Source: Vicinamibacteria bacterium
GTDB lineage: Bacteria; Acidobacteriota; Vicinamibacteria; Vicinamibacterales; JAENWD01
DNA length: 64,000 nt
Assembly: GCA_963743245.1 (NCBI GenBank)
Contig: CAVUPP010000011.1
Span: forward strand, 514,473-578,472
Direction of reading: 5' to 3'
Shown here one piece after another: positions 51,507 to 62,963 of this stretch. Position numbers and translations under genes: made by a program. The notes under the pieces are model-generated. The model worked only from the letters and a program-made list of their open reading frames with translations, had not been told where the DNA came from and did not search any database. The stretch's first letter is position 1, and each line of letters opens with the position of its first letter.

Positions 51507-52076
51507 GTGCCTCATATCGCATTACCCGAAGGGCTTCCGGGAATTTCGAGCGGCTTTGCGTACCGGCCCGAGACCGCAAAGCCGATGCGGGAGCTCGCTG
51601 AAGTCCTGCTGCGCGGTCCGCATTCGTTGAGCCGCGGCGAGCGCGAAATGATCGCCACGTTCGTGTCCACTCGGAACGAGTGTCAGTTCTGCCAGTCCAG
51701 CCACCGCGCGGCGGCCGCACACAATCTGGACGGCGACTATGCCCTCGTCGATGCCGTGCGGTTCGACTACGAGCACGCGCCCGTCTCCGCGAAGCTGAAG
51801 GCGCTGCTCGCGATCGCAGCGAGAGTGCAGCAGGGCGGGCGCAACGTCACGGCGGCGGACGTTGCCCGCGCCCGAGAGGAAGGCGCGACCGACCTCGAGA
51901 TTCACGACGCCGTGCTCATCGCCGCCGCGTTCTGCATGTACAACCGGTACGTCGACGGGCTTGCCACGTTGACCCCTACCCCTGCCGCGTACGACCACAT
52001 GGGCGCCGTCTCGCCAATGACGGGATACGTCGCGCAGGCCGCGGCACAGCCGCCTGCACTGGTCGCCTCAGAGTAG
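51507..52076 (+). CDS. carboxymuconolactone decarboxylase/AhpD-like 'peroxidase-related' protein
   Basis: GTG 51507 with GGAGAG upstream. VPHIALPEGLPGISSGFAYRPETAKPM.. with CxxC (NECQFCQSSH). Confidence 0.8.
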   Translation: MPHIALPEGLPGISSGFAYRPETAKPMRELAEVLLRGPHSLSRGEREMIATFVSTRNECQFCQSSHRAAAAHNLDGDYALVDAVRFDYEHAPVSAKLKALLAIAARVQQGGRNVTAADVARAREEGATDLEIHDAVLIAAAFCMYNRYVDGLATLTPTPAAYDHMGAVSPMTGYVAQAAAQPPALVASE

Positions 52077-52085
52077 TCGAGACTC

Positions 52086-52641
52086 ATGGCACACATCACG
52101 CTGCCCGAAGGATTCCCAGGTATTCGCGGTCCGATGGCCTTCCGGCCGGAGACGGCACGGCCGCTGAACGAGCTGGTGGACGTGCTGCTGTGGGGACCGC
52201 ACACGCTCACACGCGGCGAGCGTGAGCTGATCGCGACCGCGGTGTCTGCCGCGAACGACTGCCAGTACTGCCAGACGATTCATGGCGCCATCGCCGCGCA
52301 CCATCTCGGTGGAAACGAGGCGCTCGTCGATTAGGTGAAGACGGATCACGAGCAGGCGCCGATCTCGGAGAAGCTGCGCGCGCTCGTCACGATCGCGCGC
52401 AAGACCGCGGTGAGCGGCCTGCACGTGACGGCGGACGATGTGGCACGGGCACGAACGCACACGGGCGACCGATCTCGAAATCCACGACACCGTACTCATC
52501 GCCGCGGTGTTCTGTCTCTGCAACCGCTACGTGGACGGCCTTGCAACGTGGACGCCCGGCGATCCCGAATTCTACCGCCAACGTGCCGCGATGATTGCCG
52601 AACGTCGAACGTGGCCGCGACGATACCGGCCGCGACGGTGA
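52086..52641 (+). pseudogene. tandem paralogue of the AhpD-like protein, interrupted by an in-frame TAG and a frame break
   Basis: MAHITLPEGFPGIRGPMAFRPETARPL..NDCQYCQTIH..ALVD, then TAG (52332-52334) where the paralogue has Ala, then VKTDHEQAPISEKLRALV..DDVARAR. A frame shift at ~52455-52465 leads into ..ATDLEIHDTVLIAAVFCLCNRYVDGLAT.. Confidence 0.7.
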
Positions 52642-52715
52642 CCGCCGGCGAGCCGGAGCACGACTTACAGCGCCGTCAGTCACTGACGTTCACCCCTTCG
52701 ACTTAGGACTGCCCG

Positions 52716-55700
52716 ATGAGACTGAGAAGGCTTCTTTGCACCTTTGTGTTCACCGCCCTGACGTGCCTGGCGGCTTCCGTCGTCTCCGCCCAGGATCCAA
52801 CTGGCAGCATCGAGGGGACCGTCACTGACAAAACCGGCGGCGTGATTCCAGGCGCGCGCATCACGGCCACGCACCTCGAATCAGGCTTCACGAAGGACAT
52901 GGTCGCCGGTCCCGACGGCTTCTACCGGTTCACGCTGATGAGGATTGGCCCGTACAGCGTGACTGTCGAAGCGCAGCAGTTCGGCACGGTTGTGCAGCAG
53001 CCGGTGCAGGTGAACGTCGGCCAGGCCGTGCGGTTGAACGTGCAGCTGGAGCTGTCGGCGGTCAACGAGACCGTCACCGTCAGCGGCGGCGCGCAGATCG
53101 TGGACACGTCGACCAACGCGCTCGGGCGCGTCGTGACGGGCCGCGAGCTCGTCGATCTGCCGCTCAACGGCCGCAACTTCACGCAGCTCGGACTGCTGCA
53201 GACCGGCGTGGCGCCGCTCACGGCGGGGGTGGCGACCGCGGGCGGCATCGCTGCGGCAGGGCCAGGCGTACGCGGTCAACGGCATGCGGCCGGAGCAGAA
53301 CATCTATCTGGTGGACGGCGCGCAGAACATGAACCGCATGGACGGCGGCTATGCGCTGAAGATCCCGGTCGATGCGATTGCCGAGTTTCGCATCCTCACG
53401 CAGAGCGCGCCGCCCGAATACGGCGGCACCGCCGGCGCGACGACCAGCGTCGTGACGCGTCGGCGGAGCAACCAGCTGCACGGCAGCGTCTACGAGTTCG
53501 TGCGCAACGACAGCTTCGACGCGCGCAATTTCTTCTCCGACGAAGTCGAGCCGCTGAAGCAGCACCAGTTCGGCGCGACGGTGGGCGGCCCGCTGCGCAG
53601 CGAGACCGGTCTTCTTCTTCGGCTACTACGAGGGCTTCCGCAACAGCCAGGGCGTGACGACCACGGCGACGGTGCCGACGCCGCAGCAGCGGCACGGGCG
53701 ACTTCTCCGGCATGGTCGACGCCGCTGATGAACATCGCCGCAGGCGGCGTGCCGTTCCCCGGCAACAGATTCCCGCCGCCGCGATCAATCCCGTGGCGCT
53801 CAACGTCGTCAACCTGTATCCGCTCGGCAACGTCTCGCCGTCAATCTATCGCGCGACGCGTGGTCGGCGAGAACGACTACGATCAGGCCGGCGGACGCGT
53901 CGACGTCAACCTGTCGTCGAACGATCAGCTCTTCGCGCGCTACTCGTACTCGGGCGGCCACAACATCAATCCGGTGTCGGTTCGCGGCACCGACGTGCCG
54001 GGTTATCCGACCCGCGACGACTATCAACGCACAATGCGCGCTGGTCACGAGCACGCACATCTTCTCGCCGACGCTGACCAACTCCGTCCGCGTCACGTAC
54101 CTGCGCTACAAGTTCTACTTCGACCAGCGCCTGAACCGCACTCCGCCGAGCGAGCTCGGGTTCGGCTACCCGCCGGCGAACGACATCGGCCAAGGGCCGC
54201 CGTTCTTCAACGTCAGCGGCTACACGCCCATCGGCGGCGCGATCACCGGGCCGCGCAACTCGACGCAGAACACCTTCGAGATGAATGACGGCGCGTCCGT
54301 GGACCAGGGGCCGCATCTGTTCAAGTTCGGCGGCGAGATCCGTCACACCGGCATCGACATGTTCCAGGCGATCGCGCCGAACGCGTTCTACGTCTTCGCC
54401 GGCACGTTTCCGACCAACAACGCCGTCGCCAATCTTCTGCTCGGTGCGCCGGTCACGTTCTATCAGGGGCTGGGCGACTTCAGCCGCGGCTTGCGCCTCT
54501 GGAACACGGCGCCTACGCGCAGGACGAATGGCGGCTCGGCCAGCGGCTGACGTTGAACTACGGGCTGCGCTACGAGCGGATCAATCCGTTCACCGAGATC
54601 GACGAGACGGCTGAACGCTTTCGTGCCCGGCGTCAGCAGTCGACGGTCGATCCCGACTGCGCCCGAAGGTCTGCTGCTTCCCTGGTGATCCGGGCGTGGC
54701 GCAAGGGCATCGCCAAGAGCGTCAACGCCTTCATGCCGCGTGTCGGCGTCGCCTGGGATCCGACCGGCGAGCGGCAAATGGTCGGTCCGCTCCAGCTACG
54801 GCCTCTTCTACGACCAGTTCCAGAACGGCGCCGGCACGGCGCGTCACAGGTGCCGATCAGCGTCACTGCCGGCGGCGCAGTTCAACCAGTTCAGCGGCGC
54901 GGGACTGAACTTCGCGAATCCGTACCAGGGACGCACCATATCCGGCGCCGAATACGTTCGTGCGGCCGTCGACGGTCTTCGCGATCGACAAGGACGCGAA
55001 GCCGCCGTACTCGCAGAACTGGAACCTCAGCGTCCAGCGCTCGCTCGGCGACAAGCTACCTGGTCGAAGTCCGCTACGTCGGCGCCAAGGGAACGCATCT
55101 GCCGCGAAACGTCGAGGCCAACCCGGCCGTGTACGGTCCCGGCGCCACGGCGCAGAACGCGGACCGCCGGCGCATCTACGCCAACTGTCCGTCCGACGGC
55201 GGCACGTGCGACTTTTCGACGATCGCGCATGCTGCGCAACATCACGAACTCGACGTATGACGCCGGCCAGGTGAGCGTGTCGCGCCGGTTCTCGGCCGGC
55301 GTCGGATTCAACGTGTCGTACTGGTTCTCGAAATCGCTCGACTACCTCTCGGCGATGAACCTGTCGGGCGCCGCGGCCAAGCCGCTCGCCGGCGAGAACG
55401 ACCTCGCGCAGAACCCGTTCGACCTGGACGCCGAACACGGACCGTCGCTGTTCGACGCGCGCCACCGCTTCGTCGCGAGCGCCAGCTGGGAGCCGCACGT
55501 CCCCGACGCCTGCGCACGGCGCTGCGCGTGCGATGCTCGAGGACTGGCAGTTGAACGGCATCGCCGTGCACAATTCGGGCACGCCGTTCACGGTGTCGGA
55601 TTCGACGAACGTCTCGCTGCAGGCCAACAGCCCGCCGATCTCGGGTTTCGCCGCGAGCCGGCCGGACCTGATCGGCGATCCGAACGATGGTCCACACACC

Positions 55701-56006
55701 GTCGACGCGTGGATCAGCCGGGACGCGTTCCGCCGTCTCAATCCGCTGACCAGGCGGGGAAGTTCGGCAACGCCGGCCGCAACATCGCGCGCGGCGCCGG
55801 CTTCACGAACGTCGACGTGTCGCTGGTGCGGAACTTCGATTTCTACGGACGAGACGCGGCTGCAGTTCCGCGTCGAGGTGTTCAATGTCGCGAACCACGC
55901 GAACTTCGGGCTGCCGGTGGCGGACCTGAACTCGGCCAACTTCGGGCGAGTCCTCAGCGCGGCGTCGCCGCGGCTGATGCAGTTCGCGCTGAAGCTGATC
56001 TTCTGA
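52716..56006 (+). pseudogene. TonB-dependent receptor-like outer-membrane protein with N-terminal CarboxypepD_reg domain; fragmented by many frame breaks
   Basis: Signal plus SIEGTVTDKTGGVIPGARITATHLESGFTKDMVAGPDGFYRFTLMRIGPYSVTVEAQQF. Barrel segments are scattered over ORFs 52716.., 53284.., 54281.., 54553.., 54740.. and 55533..56006 in all three frames (..AVNGMRPEQNIYLVDGAQNM.., ..FFFGYYEGFRNSQG.., ..LTLNYGLRYERINPF.., ..SSYGLFYDQFQNG..). The C-terminus is ..RLMQFALKLIF*. Confidence 0.8.
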
Positions 56007-56040
56007 AGCAGGCGTTCGCGACGCGGCATGGCGCACATGG

Positions 56041-57294
56041 TTGGCGAAGACGATCTCGCGGTACGAAGGCTGGCGCGTCGCGGCGGCCTCGGCGCTCGGC
56101 GTCTTCGTCAGCTTTGCGTCGGTCTTCGTCTATACGTTCGGCATCTTCCTGAAGCCGATCGCGCAGGAGTTCAGCTGGTCGCGGGAGGCGGTCGCGTCGG
56201 CGTTCGGCTTTGCCGCGATCATGGTCGCCGTGGCCTCGCCGGCTCTCGGCTACCTCTTCGACCGTTTCGAACCGCGCCGCGTCATTCTGCCGTGCCTGGT
56301 TGTTTTCGGACTGGCCTTCGCCTCGCTCTCACAGCTGACCCCGCATCTCTGGCATTGGTACGGCCACGTTCATCATCCTCGGGATGGTCGGCAACGGCAC
56401 CGCGCAAATGGCCTACGCGCGTGCGCTCTCGAGCTGGTTCGAGGCCAGGCGCGGACTCGCCCTGGCCATCATGATGGCGGGAGGCGCGCTTGGCGCCATG
56501 GTGCTGCCGCCGCTGACGCAGGCACTCATCGGTCGCATCGGCTGGCGCAGCACGTACCTGGCGTTGGGCGTCGATGACCCTGATCGTCGGACTGCCGGCA
56601 ATCGCAGCGTTCATCCGTGAACGACCCAAGCCGCGCCTCGCTGTCGCACGCATCGACGGCCGGCGCGTCGGTCGGTGAGGGGTTGGCCTCGCGCGCGTTC
56701 TGGCTCATCCTCGTGGTGCTGTTCTGCGCGTCCATCGCGCAGAACGGCACGATCGCTCATCTTTCAGCGTTGCTGACCGATCGCGGTGTGTCCGCCGGCG
56801 AGGCCGCCGTGGCGATGGCGGCGATGGGCGCGGCGAGTCTCATCGGCCGGCTGGTGACGGGCTGGCTGCTCGATCGCTTCTTCGCGGCCCGCGTGTCGTC
56901 CTTGCTGCTGGCGACCGCAGCGCTCGGTATCTTCGTCCTGTCGAACGCACAATCGTTTCTGCCGGGTGTCATCGGCGCGGCACTCATCGGCTTCGGCATG
57001 GGCGGAGAAGCCGACGTCACGCCGTATCTGCTGTCGCGCTACTTTGGCCTGCGATCGTTTTCCAGGCTCTACGGCCTGACATGGACCGTCTATGCCTGTG
57101 CCGGCGCAGCAGGCCCGATTTTGATGGGACGTGTATACGACCTCTCTGGGTCGTACGAGCGGCTGCTGATCGTGCTCGCCGTCACGACGCTCGCTGTCGC
57201 CGGGTTGACGCTGCTGCTGCCGCCATACGCAAGCGGAACGGACGTGGCGCGACTGCTCGTCGAGCCGGAAGCTGCAATGACGAGCGTGGATTGA
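56041..57294 (+). pseudogene. MFS transporter; at least three frame breaks
   Basis: MAKTISRYEGWRVAAASALGVFVSFASVFVYTFGIFLKPI.. (ORF 56041..), ..ATFIILGMVGNGTAQMAYARALSSWF.. (ORF 56384..), ..MTLIVGLPAIAAFIRERPK.. (third frame), ..RAFWLILVVLFCASIAQNGT.. (ORF 56617..57294). Breaks at ~56352, ~56573 and ~56630. Confidence 0.8.
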
Positions 57295-57361
57295 CGACTG
57301 ACGAATAGCCTCAGTGTGGGGCGGGTCATGCGTCGTGGCCGATTACCCGTCGCCCTATGTG

Positions 57362-57403
57362 GGGGCGGGGTCATTCGTGGTGTCGTCCAATGTACCCCGC
57401 CCG
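57362..57403. terminator. hairpin between convergent genes
   Basis: GGGGCGGGGT-(22 nt)-ACCCCGCCCC-like 10-bp stem. The left arm is itself duplicated upstream (GTGGGGCGGGTCATGCGT at ~57315). It lies between the MFS stop (57294) and the minus-strand stop (57411). Confidence 0.4.
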
Positions 57404-57410
57404 CCGAGGC

Positions 57411-58743
57411 TCACTTCGACTGAAGCACCAACACCCAGTCACCGGCGCCAGCGCCGTTGTCGCCGGGCGTCCAGAGCGTTCCATTCGGATGACGGCGGAA
57501 GTCCGTGTCCACGAGCGCACCATCCTGTGCGGGATTGAACCACATCGCCGAGGACATGTGCGAAAGCCGCTTCGGATCCACGCTCACGGCCTGCGGCACC
57601 GTCCCGAGTGACGGCACATAGACGATCGTCAGCCTCTTGTCTGGTGTGGCGGCGCTGACCGGCGCCTGGGCGCCCTGGATATTGCCTGCCATCGTCGCGA
57701 TCGGATCCTGAGCCGGCTCGAGTTCGGCCCACGTGTGTTCACGGAAGAATGCGCCGAGGCGGCTCATGTCGCGCGACCCGGCGTCATCCAACGCGTGTTG
57801 CCAATCATTCGCCGCCGGGAAGAGCGTCGGTCCATCGAAGTGCCAGATCGGGTTGTTGCCGAAGAACTGTCCCGCGGCGCCCGAGAGCATGGCCGTCCAC
57901 GATTGACGACGGATGCGTTCCGGCTTCGAGTCGTGCTCGCCTTCGTAGATGGTTTCGATCAGCACGAATGGACGGATGGGCCGCCGCGTCCACGCCTCGA
58001 GCAGCGGCGGACGAAGATCGTCCTTGTAGCTGTAGACCGTATCGATCGCGAGCCATGGCTGATCGCCGTAGGTCTCGACGCCAGCGGTCTGCCCCCCGTG
58101 CGCGGTGATGAGCTGCGTCGCGCCGCCTTCGCGCAGGCCAGCCGCCAGTTCGTTGCCCGCCCAGCGTTCCGACGCGGATAGCGCGAAGTCGCCGCCCATC
58201 ATCCACACGATGTTCGGCAGATCCTTGAAACGCTCGCCGACGAAGTGTCCGTACTGCCTCAACGCCGCGGGTCCTGCGGCCTTGATTTCCTTGAAGAAGC
58301 CTTCGTCGCCGCCATCCCATCCCAGATACGCGGCGCACAGAAAGACCGCGATGCCGCGGCGATGGGCCTCCGCGACCGCGGCATGCGCGTAGTCGAAGTA
58401 GGCGGGATTCGGATGCGCGAAGTCGCCTGGCTGCGAGAAATGGACTGACGCCGGCGAGGGTGTTCGGTGCGTGCGAGGCAAACTTGTGTTCGATCAGGTT
58501 GACGATGATCGCGTTGAAGCCGCGATGGGCGCGATCGTCCAGATAGCGCCGGATGTCAGCCTCGTTGAGCTGAGCGATGAGCGACCAGGCCGTGTCGCCC
58601 ACGAGAAGAAACGGCGTGCCCGACCGATCGGCCAGGTGCCGCGCGTCTCGTGTCACTTGAAGAGGGAAGGGCGACACCGGGGCGTCGGCAGAAACCACCG
58701 TGACAGCCGCCGCCAGCAAGAGAGCCAGTCCTGCGCGAATCAT
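57411..58743 (-). pseudogene. DUF4038/GH140-like glycoside hydrolase, secreted; one frame break
   Basis: Start ATG 58743 (MIRAGLALLLAAAVTVVSA). ..GTPFLLVGDTAWSLIAQL..HRGFNAIIVNLIEHKF.. is in ORF 57805..58869. It continues ..SQPGDFAHPNPAYFDYAHAAVAEAHRRGIAVFL..NIVWMMGGD.. in ORF 57411..58481. Break at an A/T3 run at 58448-58450. The family call is moderate. Confidence 0.7.
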
Positions 58744-58896
58744 CGACCTCTGAGGCACACGGCACACGGCGCAAGGCCCACTGGACGCCTTGGAAGTTGG
58801 GAGATTGCCCGCCGCCGCTGTCGCCCCCAGAGAGAAGCGACATGGCGAGGCCTCGCCGAAGCGCGCCAAGGCGCGCGAAGGCGGGGGAGTTGACAG

Positions 58897-59651
58897 CTAA
58901 CTAATCACGCGGATCTTGACGTTCCGGAACCAGAACACGCTGCCGTGATCCTGGATGGCGATGCGTCCGGTCTTGGACATGCCGTAGTCGGGAGAGTCCT
59001 TCCACTTGCCTGCGTTCTTCTTGGCCGTCCACTCAGGCGTCCAACGCTCGAATTCGAGGATCTTCTCGCCATTCAGCCAGTGCTCCACGTGGGCGCCGTT
59101 GACGACGATCTTCGTCGTGTTCCACTGGCCGACCGGCTTCAGGTGCTTCTTCGCACTGTCTGGCGCCTGCATCGCGTAGTTCGAGCCGGCCTTCTGCGTG
59201 GCGTCGAGCGGATGCGTGAATCCCGGCATCGTCGATCAGCTGGTACTCGGGACCCGTGGCCCATGGGGTCTTGTATTTCGGATCTTCGACGATGCCGTAG
59301 ATGACGCCGCTGTTGCCTCCCTTGGTGGCCTTCCAGTCCAGCGTGAGCTCGAAATTCGTGTATTCCTTGTCGGTGACCAGGTCTGCCCGCGTGTCGGCGC
59401 CATAGTTGTCTTTCGTCCCGACGGTCTTCAGCGTGCAGCCGTCAATCGCCCAGAACTCGTCACTCTGCTTGTTGTAGGCGTGCCAGCCGGCTTTGCTGGA
59501 GCCGTCGAACAGCAAGCTGCCAGCCGGCTGCTTTTTCGGCGGCGGACAGGACATTCGCGCCGGCGCAGTCGGCATCGGGAATGCGCGCGTCGAGAGGAAC
59601 GCTCGTAAGGGTTCCGAGAACGATGAGGTAAAACGCTGTGCGAATCGTCAT
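58897..59651 (-). pseudogene. DUF1080 (3-keto-disaccharide hydrolase-like) protein; two frame breaks
   Basis: MTIRTAFYLIVLGTLTSV..AAEKAAGWQL (ORF 59460..59651) | LFDGSSKAGWHAYN..EYQLIDDAG (ORF 59033..59575) | FTHPLDATQ..RIAIQDHGSVFWFRNVKIRVIS* (ORF 58897..59229). Breaks at ~59515 and at the C3 run 59222-59224. Confidence 0.75.
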
Positions 59652-59822
59652 GGCGGCGTCAGGCTACCACGAGAGAGGAATTGGGGTCGGGATGGGGCGC
59701 AGTTCTAGGGGGTCGGTGGCCTCGAGTGTCGTCAACACTGAGAACTCATCCAGACCCCACAGAGGCCCTGGATCAGCTAGAGTATGCCCGGCCAGTCTTT
59801 CGGAGCCACAAGGAGGGTTGCA

Positions 59823-60161
59823 ATGACTCGTCGTCAGTTCGTCGCGATGGCCGTGCTCCTGGGGGTGGCCCTGGCTGGGCCCGTCTCCGTCGTCACTCGC
59901 GCGCAAGAGAAACCGGATCGTGTCGCTGGCGAGGTCCAGCTCGTGAACAAGGACACGAAGACAATTGCAGTGCGGGCGACCGGCACTGAAACGCCGACGC
60001 AGGTCGTCTACGACGACCACACGAAGTTCACCAAGGACAACAAGCCCGGCACGCTCGACGATGTCTCGAACGGGGTTCGGGTCATCTGCCTCGGAAAGTT
60101 GAACGACAAGGGGCAGCTCGCGGCCACCCATGTGGACGTGCGGCCCACGACCACCAAGTAG
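59823..60161 (+). CDS. small secreted beta-rich protein, hypothetical
   Basis: ATG 59823 inside ORF 59784..60161. Tat-like MTRRQFVAMAVLLGVALAGP, then ..VQLVNKDTKTIAVRATGTETPTQVVYDDHTKF..GVRVICLG.. Confidence 0.55.
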   Translation: MTRRQFVAMAVLLGVALAGPVSVVTRAQEKPDRVAGEVQLVNKDTKTIAVRATGTETPTQVVYDDHTKFTKDNKPGTLDDVSNGVRVICLGKLNDKGQLAATHVDVRPTTTK

Positions 60162-60242
60162 CCTGCACCACCTCGCGGGCGATGCGGCGTCGCGGACGCC
60201 CAACGCTCGCTCGCGGGTGACATCCCACACGACGAGCGCTGG

Positions 60243-61939
60243 CTAGCGCGTCGCAGCGACCTGGATCGTCACGCTCCGTGCTCCCGACCGACGGACGCGC
60301 AGTACGTGCATCGCCGCGTCGTAGGTCCAGCCGGCTCCGGCGTCGCCTCCGTGACAGCGCAGCACCATCCGCGATCACAGTCGCCGGCACGAACGTCAGC
60401 CGCAACACTTCCTCGCCCGCATGCGTCGAACGTCCGGTAGCTCACGCGGCCGCGTCTCGTAGTGGACCTCGGGCACGACTGACGTCGATCGAAGGAGATG
60501 GTCCTCGCCCGGAGGCGCCCAGTCCGGCACCGCTCCAAGGCCTGCCATGAAGTGACGGATGTAGTCGCCGTACCCGTCGCTGAACCACAGCGTCTGTTCC
60601 GTCGGGCCCACGCGCACGACGCCGCGCGTGTCACACATGTAGCTCGCCCAGTTGAAGGACCGGAACGCCTTCTCGCGCGCCGCCGCGTCGCCAGTCTTCT
60701 CGGCCCACAACGCGTTGATCGACGCGAACCGCGACGTGTGGCTGCCCATCTTGTACATGTACTCGCGCTGTTCGGAGATCGTCACCGCGCCCCATTGCGT
60801 GCCCGATTCCTTCGGTGTGTCTCCGCCGAACGTACGCTCGATCCATCCGATCAGATGGCCGGCATGGGCGCGCCACTCGGGATCCCGGTCCGGATGTTCA
60901 AGGAGGTACCGCGCCAGCTCGCCGGCGACGAACTGATTGACGTTCTTCGTATCCGGCTGCCAGGGCACGTCCTCGAAATAGTTGGCCCAGACATCGTTCT
61001 TCATGGGATACGCGAGCAGCCAGTCCCAGGCGATCTGACGCGCGCGTTGCCAGTCTGACGCCTCTCCGATCCCAAGCGCGGTCAGCCGATCCAACAGCCG
61101 CAGCGCCGGCGTGATGTTCGTGCCGTATTCCTCGCGAACGAATCCGGTCTCGGCGACGACGCGGAAGGGCCAGGGTGAGTGATCCTGGTCGCCCGTGCGG
61201 ACATGGCTGGCGAGTGCGCGTGCGCAGGCAAGCTGCGGCATCCCGATAGCGGAGGTCACTCGTCAGCTGCCAGACGGTGAGATACGCGTTGCCGAGCTCG
61301 GCGACCTTGTCGGGTTCGATGACGCCGTACCCGTCGCCCCGTCCGAGCTTTGGCGGATCCTGTGGACCTGCGTACCGGAAGTCGTGCGCGCCACGATACC
61401 GGACGTCGCCGTGATCCGCGCTGGCATAGGGAACCGATGGCCATGCCCATCCACGATCGGCCGGAGTCGTGCCGTTTGCCAGGTGATAGTCGAGCACGCG
61501 GCGCATGAAGTCGATGACGCGCCGGTCGCCCGAATAGGCGTAGTACGCGGCGGCGGCGTCCGCCAACCCGGCATACACACAGGCGGGATTGTGCGGCCAC
61601 TCTGTGCCCCGCAGCGTCTTGGCGTCGAAGCAGCAGTACGACAGCCACGTCGGCAGCCCATTCGATTCAGTGGGGAACCCCGTCAACAGCTGTTCCCACG
61701 CCAGACGGACGACGGTGGTGTACGCGGTGTCCTGCGGCTGTACCCAGGAAAGCAGGCGGCCGTCTTTGTCGAGCACGACGGCGCGGCCCGCCAGCGTTGT
61801 CTGCGCGGCTGGCGTTTGCGCAGTGACTCCCGTCGAGCCGCACGCGAGCAGCGCCGTGACGAAGGCCGCGATCGTCAGCGACGTGAATGCCCGATCGGTG
61901 GGTCAAGTGTTGGTGAGCCGCGCGAATCATCGCGCGCAT
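60243..61939 (-). pseudogene. hypothetical lipoprotein, helical-repeat glycoside-hydrolase-like (function unassigned); at least four frame breaks
   Basis: MRAMIRAAHQHL.. | ..FTSLTIAAFVTALLACGS (lipobox) ..VVLDKDGRLLSWVQP.. (ORF 60898..61776) | ..HSPWPFRVVAETGF..DVWANYFEDVPWQPD.. (ORF 60396..61259) | ..VSYRTFDA.. | ..LRLTFVPATVIADGAAL.. | ..GWTYDAAMHVLRVRRSGARSVTIQVAATR* (manual; stop at 60243-60245). Confidence 0.5.
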
Positions 61940-62041
61940 GATACGACGCGACGATGAGCGACTGGGCGCTATAATCTGGCGGAGTAGGGAGAGTGGGGTC
62001 GGGATGAGTTTCAATTCCTGCGTGCTCGGGAGGACTTCGCA

Positions 62042-62597
62042 GTGCAGAAACTGACAAATCATCCCGACCCCGTGGCTCTGGCTTCGCACTCTGCGCCCTC
62101 TACCTGCAGTTCTTGCCGCCCGCCGCAACCCCCCAACGTCGTCACGCACGAGACCGTCACGACGGCGACGGTCGATCAGATCGACCAATCCCCGCGCACG
62201 GTGACCTTGCGGACCAAGGACAACACGACGCAGAGCCTGGTGGTCGATCCGGGCATCAAAGAGTTCGATCGGCTCAAGGCCGGCGATCGCGTGACGGTCC
62301 GATGGATCGAGTCTGCAGTGGTGAAGGTGCGCCGCGACGCGAAGCTGAGTGACGTGCGCGATTCGACGGCCGATGCTCAGAAAACAGACGCCACCGTCGT
62401 CCAGCAGCTGACGGCAGTCGTGACGGTGGAGGACGTCGATCCGCAGGGACTCTTCATCACCTACCGGACCGCCGACGGCACCAAGATGACGCGACCTGTT
62501 CCCGACAAGAAACTCGTCCAAGGCCTGCGGCACGGGGATCGCGTGGAAGTGACGCTGACGCGCGCGCGGGCCATCAGCATCCAGCCCGCCACGGTGA
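62042..62597 (+). pseudogene. secreted two-domain beta-rich protein related in architecture to 59823..60161; both ends uncertain
   Basis: ..TVDQIDQSPRTVTLRTKDNTTQSLVVDPGIKEFDRLKAGDRVTVRWIES.. and ..LFITYRTADGTKMTRPVPDKKLVQGLRHGDRVEVTLT.. A signal-peptide-like text (GFALCALYLQFLPPAA) appears only in another frame near 62080-62130, next to a C6 run. The ORF-track frame runs on into the next gene, so the real stop is unresolved. Confidence 0.4.
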
Positions 62598-62699
62598 CCT
62601 CCGCCCGTTTCCTCGGCATGCGAACGATCTGGAGATTCGCAGTCACTGGTGGACGCCGTCTCGTGCTTCGCGCGAAGATTGGACAAGCGGAGGCGGCCC

Positions 62700-62932
62700 A
62701 TGCAGCCAGACGAACTTGTGGTCCTGACGACCTTCCCCAATCACATCCAGGCCGACCTGGCACAGAGTGCCCTGGATGCCGGGGGATCGAGTCGCTCGTG
62801 CGCGCCGACGACGCGGGCGGCGAGCAGCCGGGACTCTGGCTGGGCCGGGGGGTTCAGGTGCTCGTTCGGGCCGGCGACGCCGAGCTCGCCAAGACGATCC
62901 TTGCCGGTCGGGACACCGTGCCCGACGAATGA
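62700..62932 (+). pseudogene. DUF2007-like small protein; one frame break
   Basis: ATG 62700 with GGAGG 7 nt upstream. MQPDELVVLTTFPNHIQADLAQSALDA | GIESLVRADDAGGEQPGLWLGRGVQVLVRAGDAELAKTILAG.. The frames join if the G5 run at 62781-62785 is G6. Confidence 0.6.
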
Positions 62933-62963
62933 CAGGCGGATGCGAACGAAAGGAAGTCCAGGC

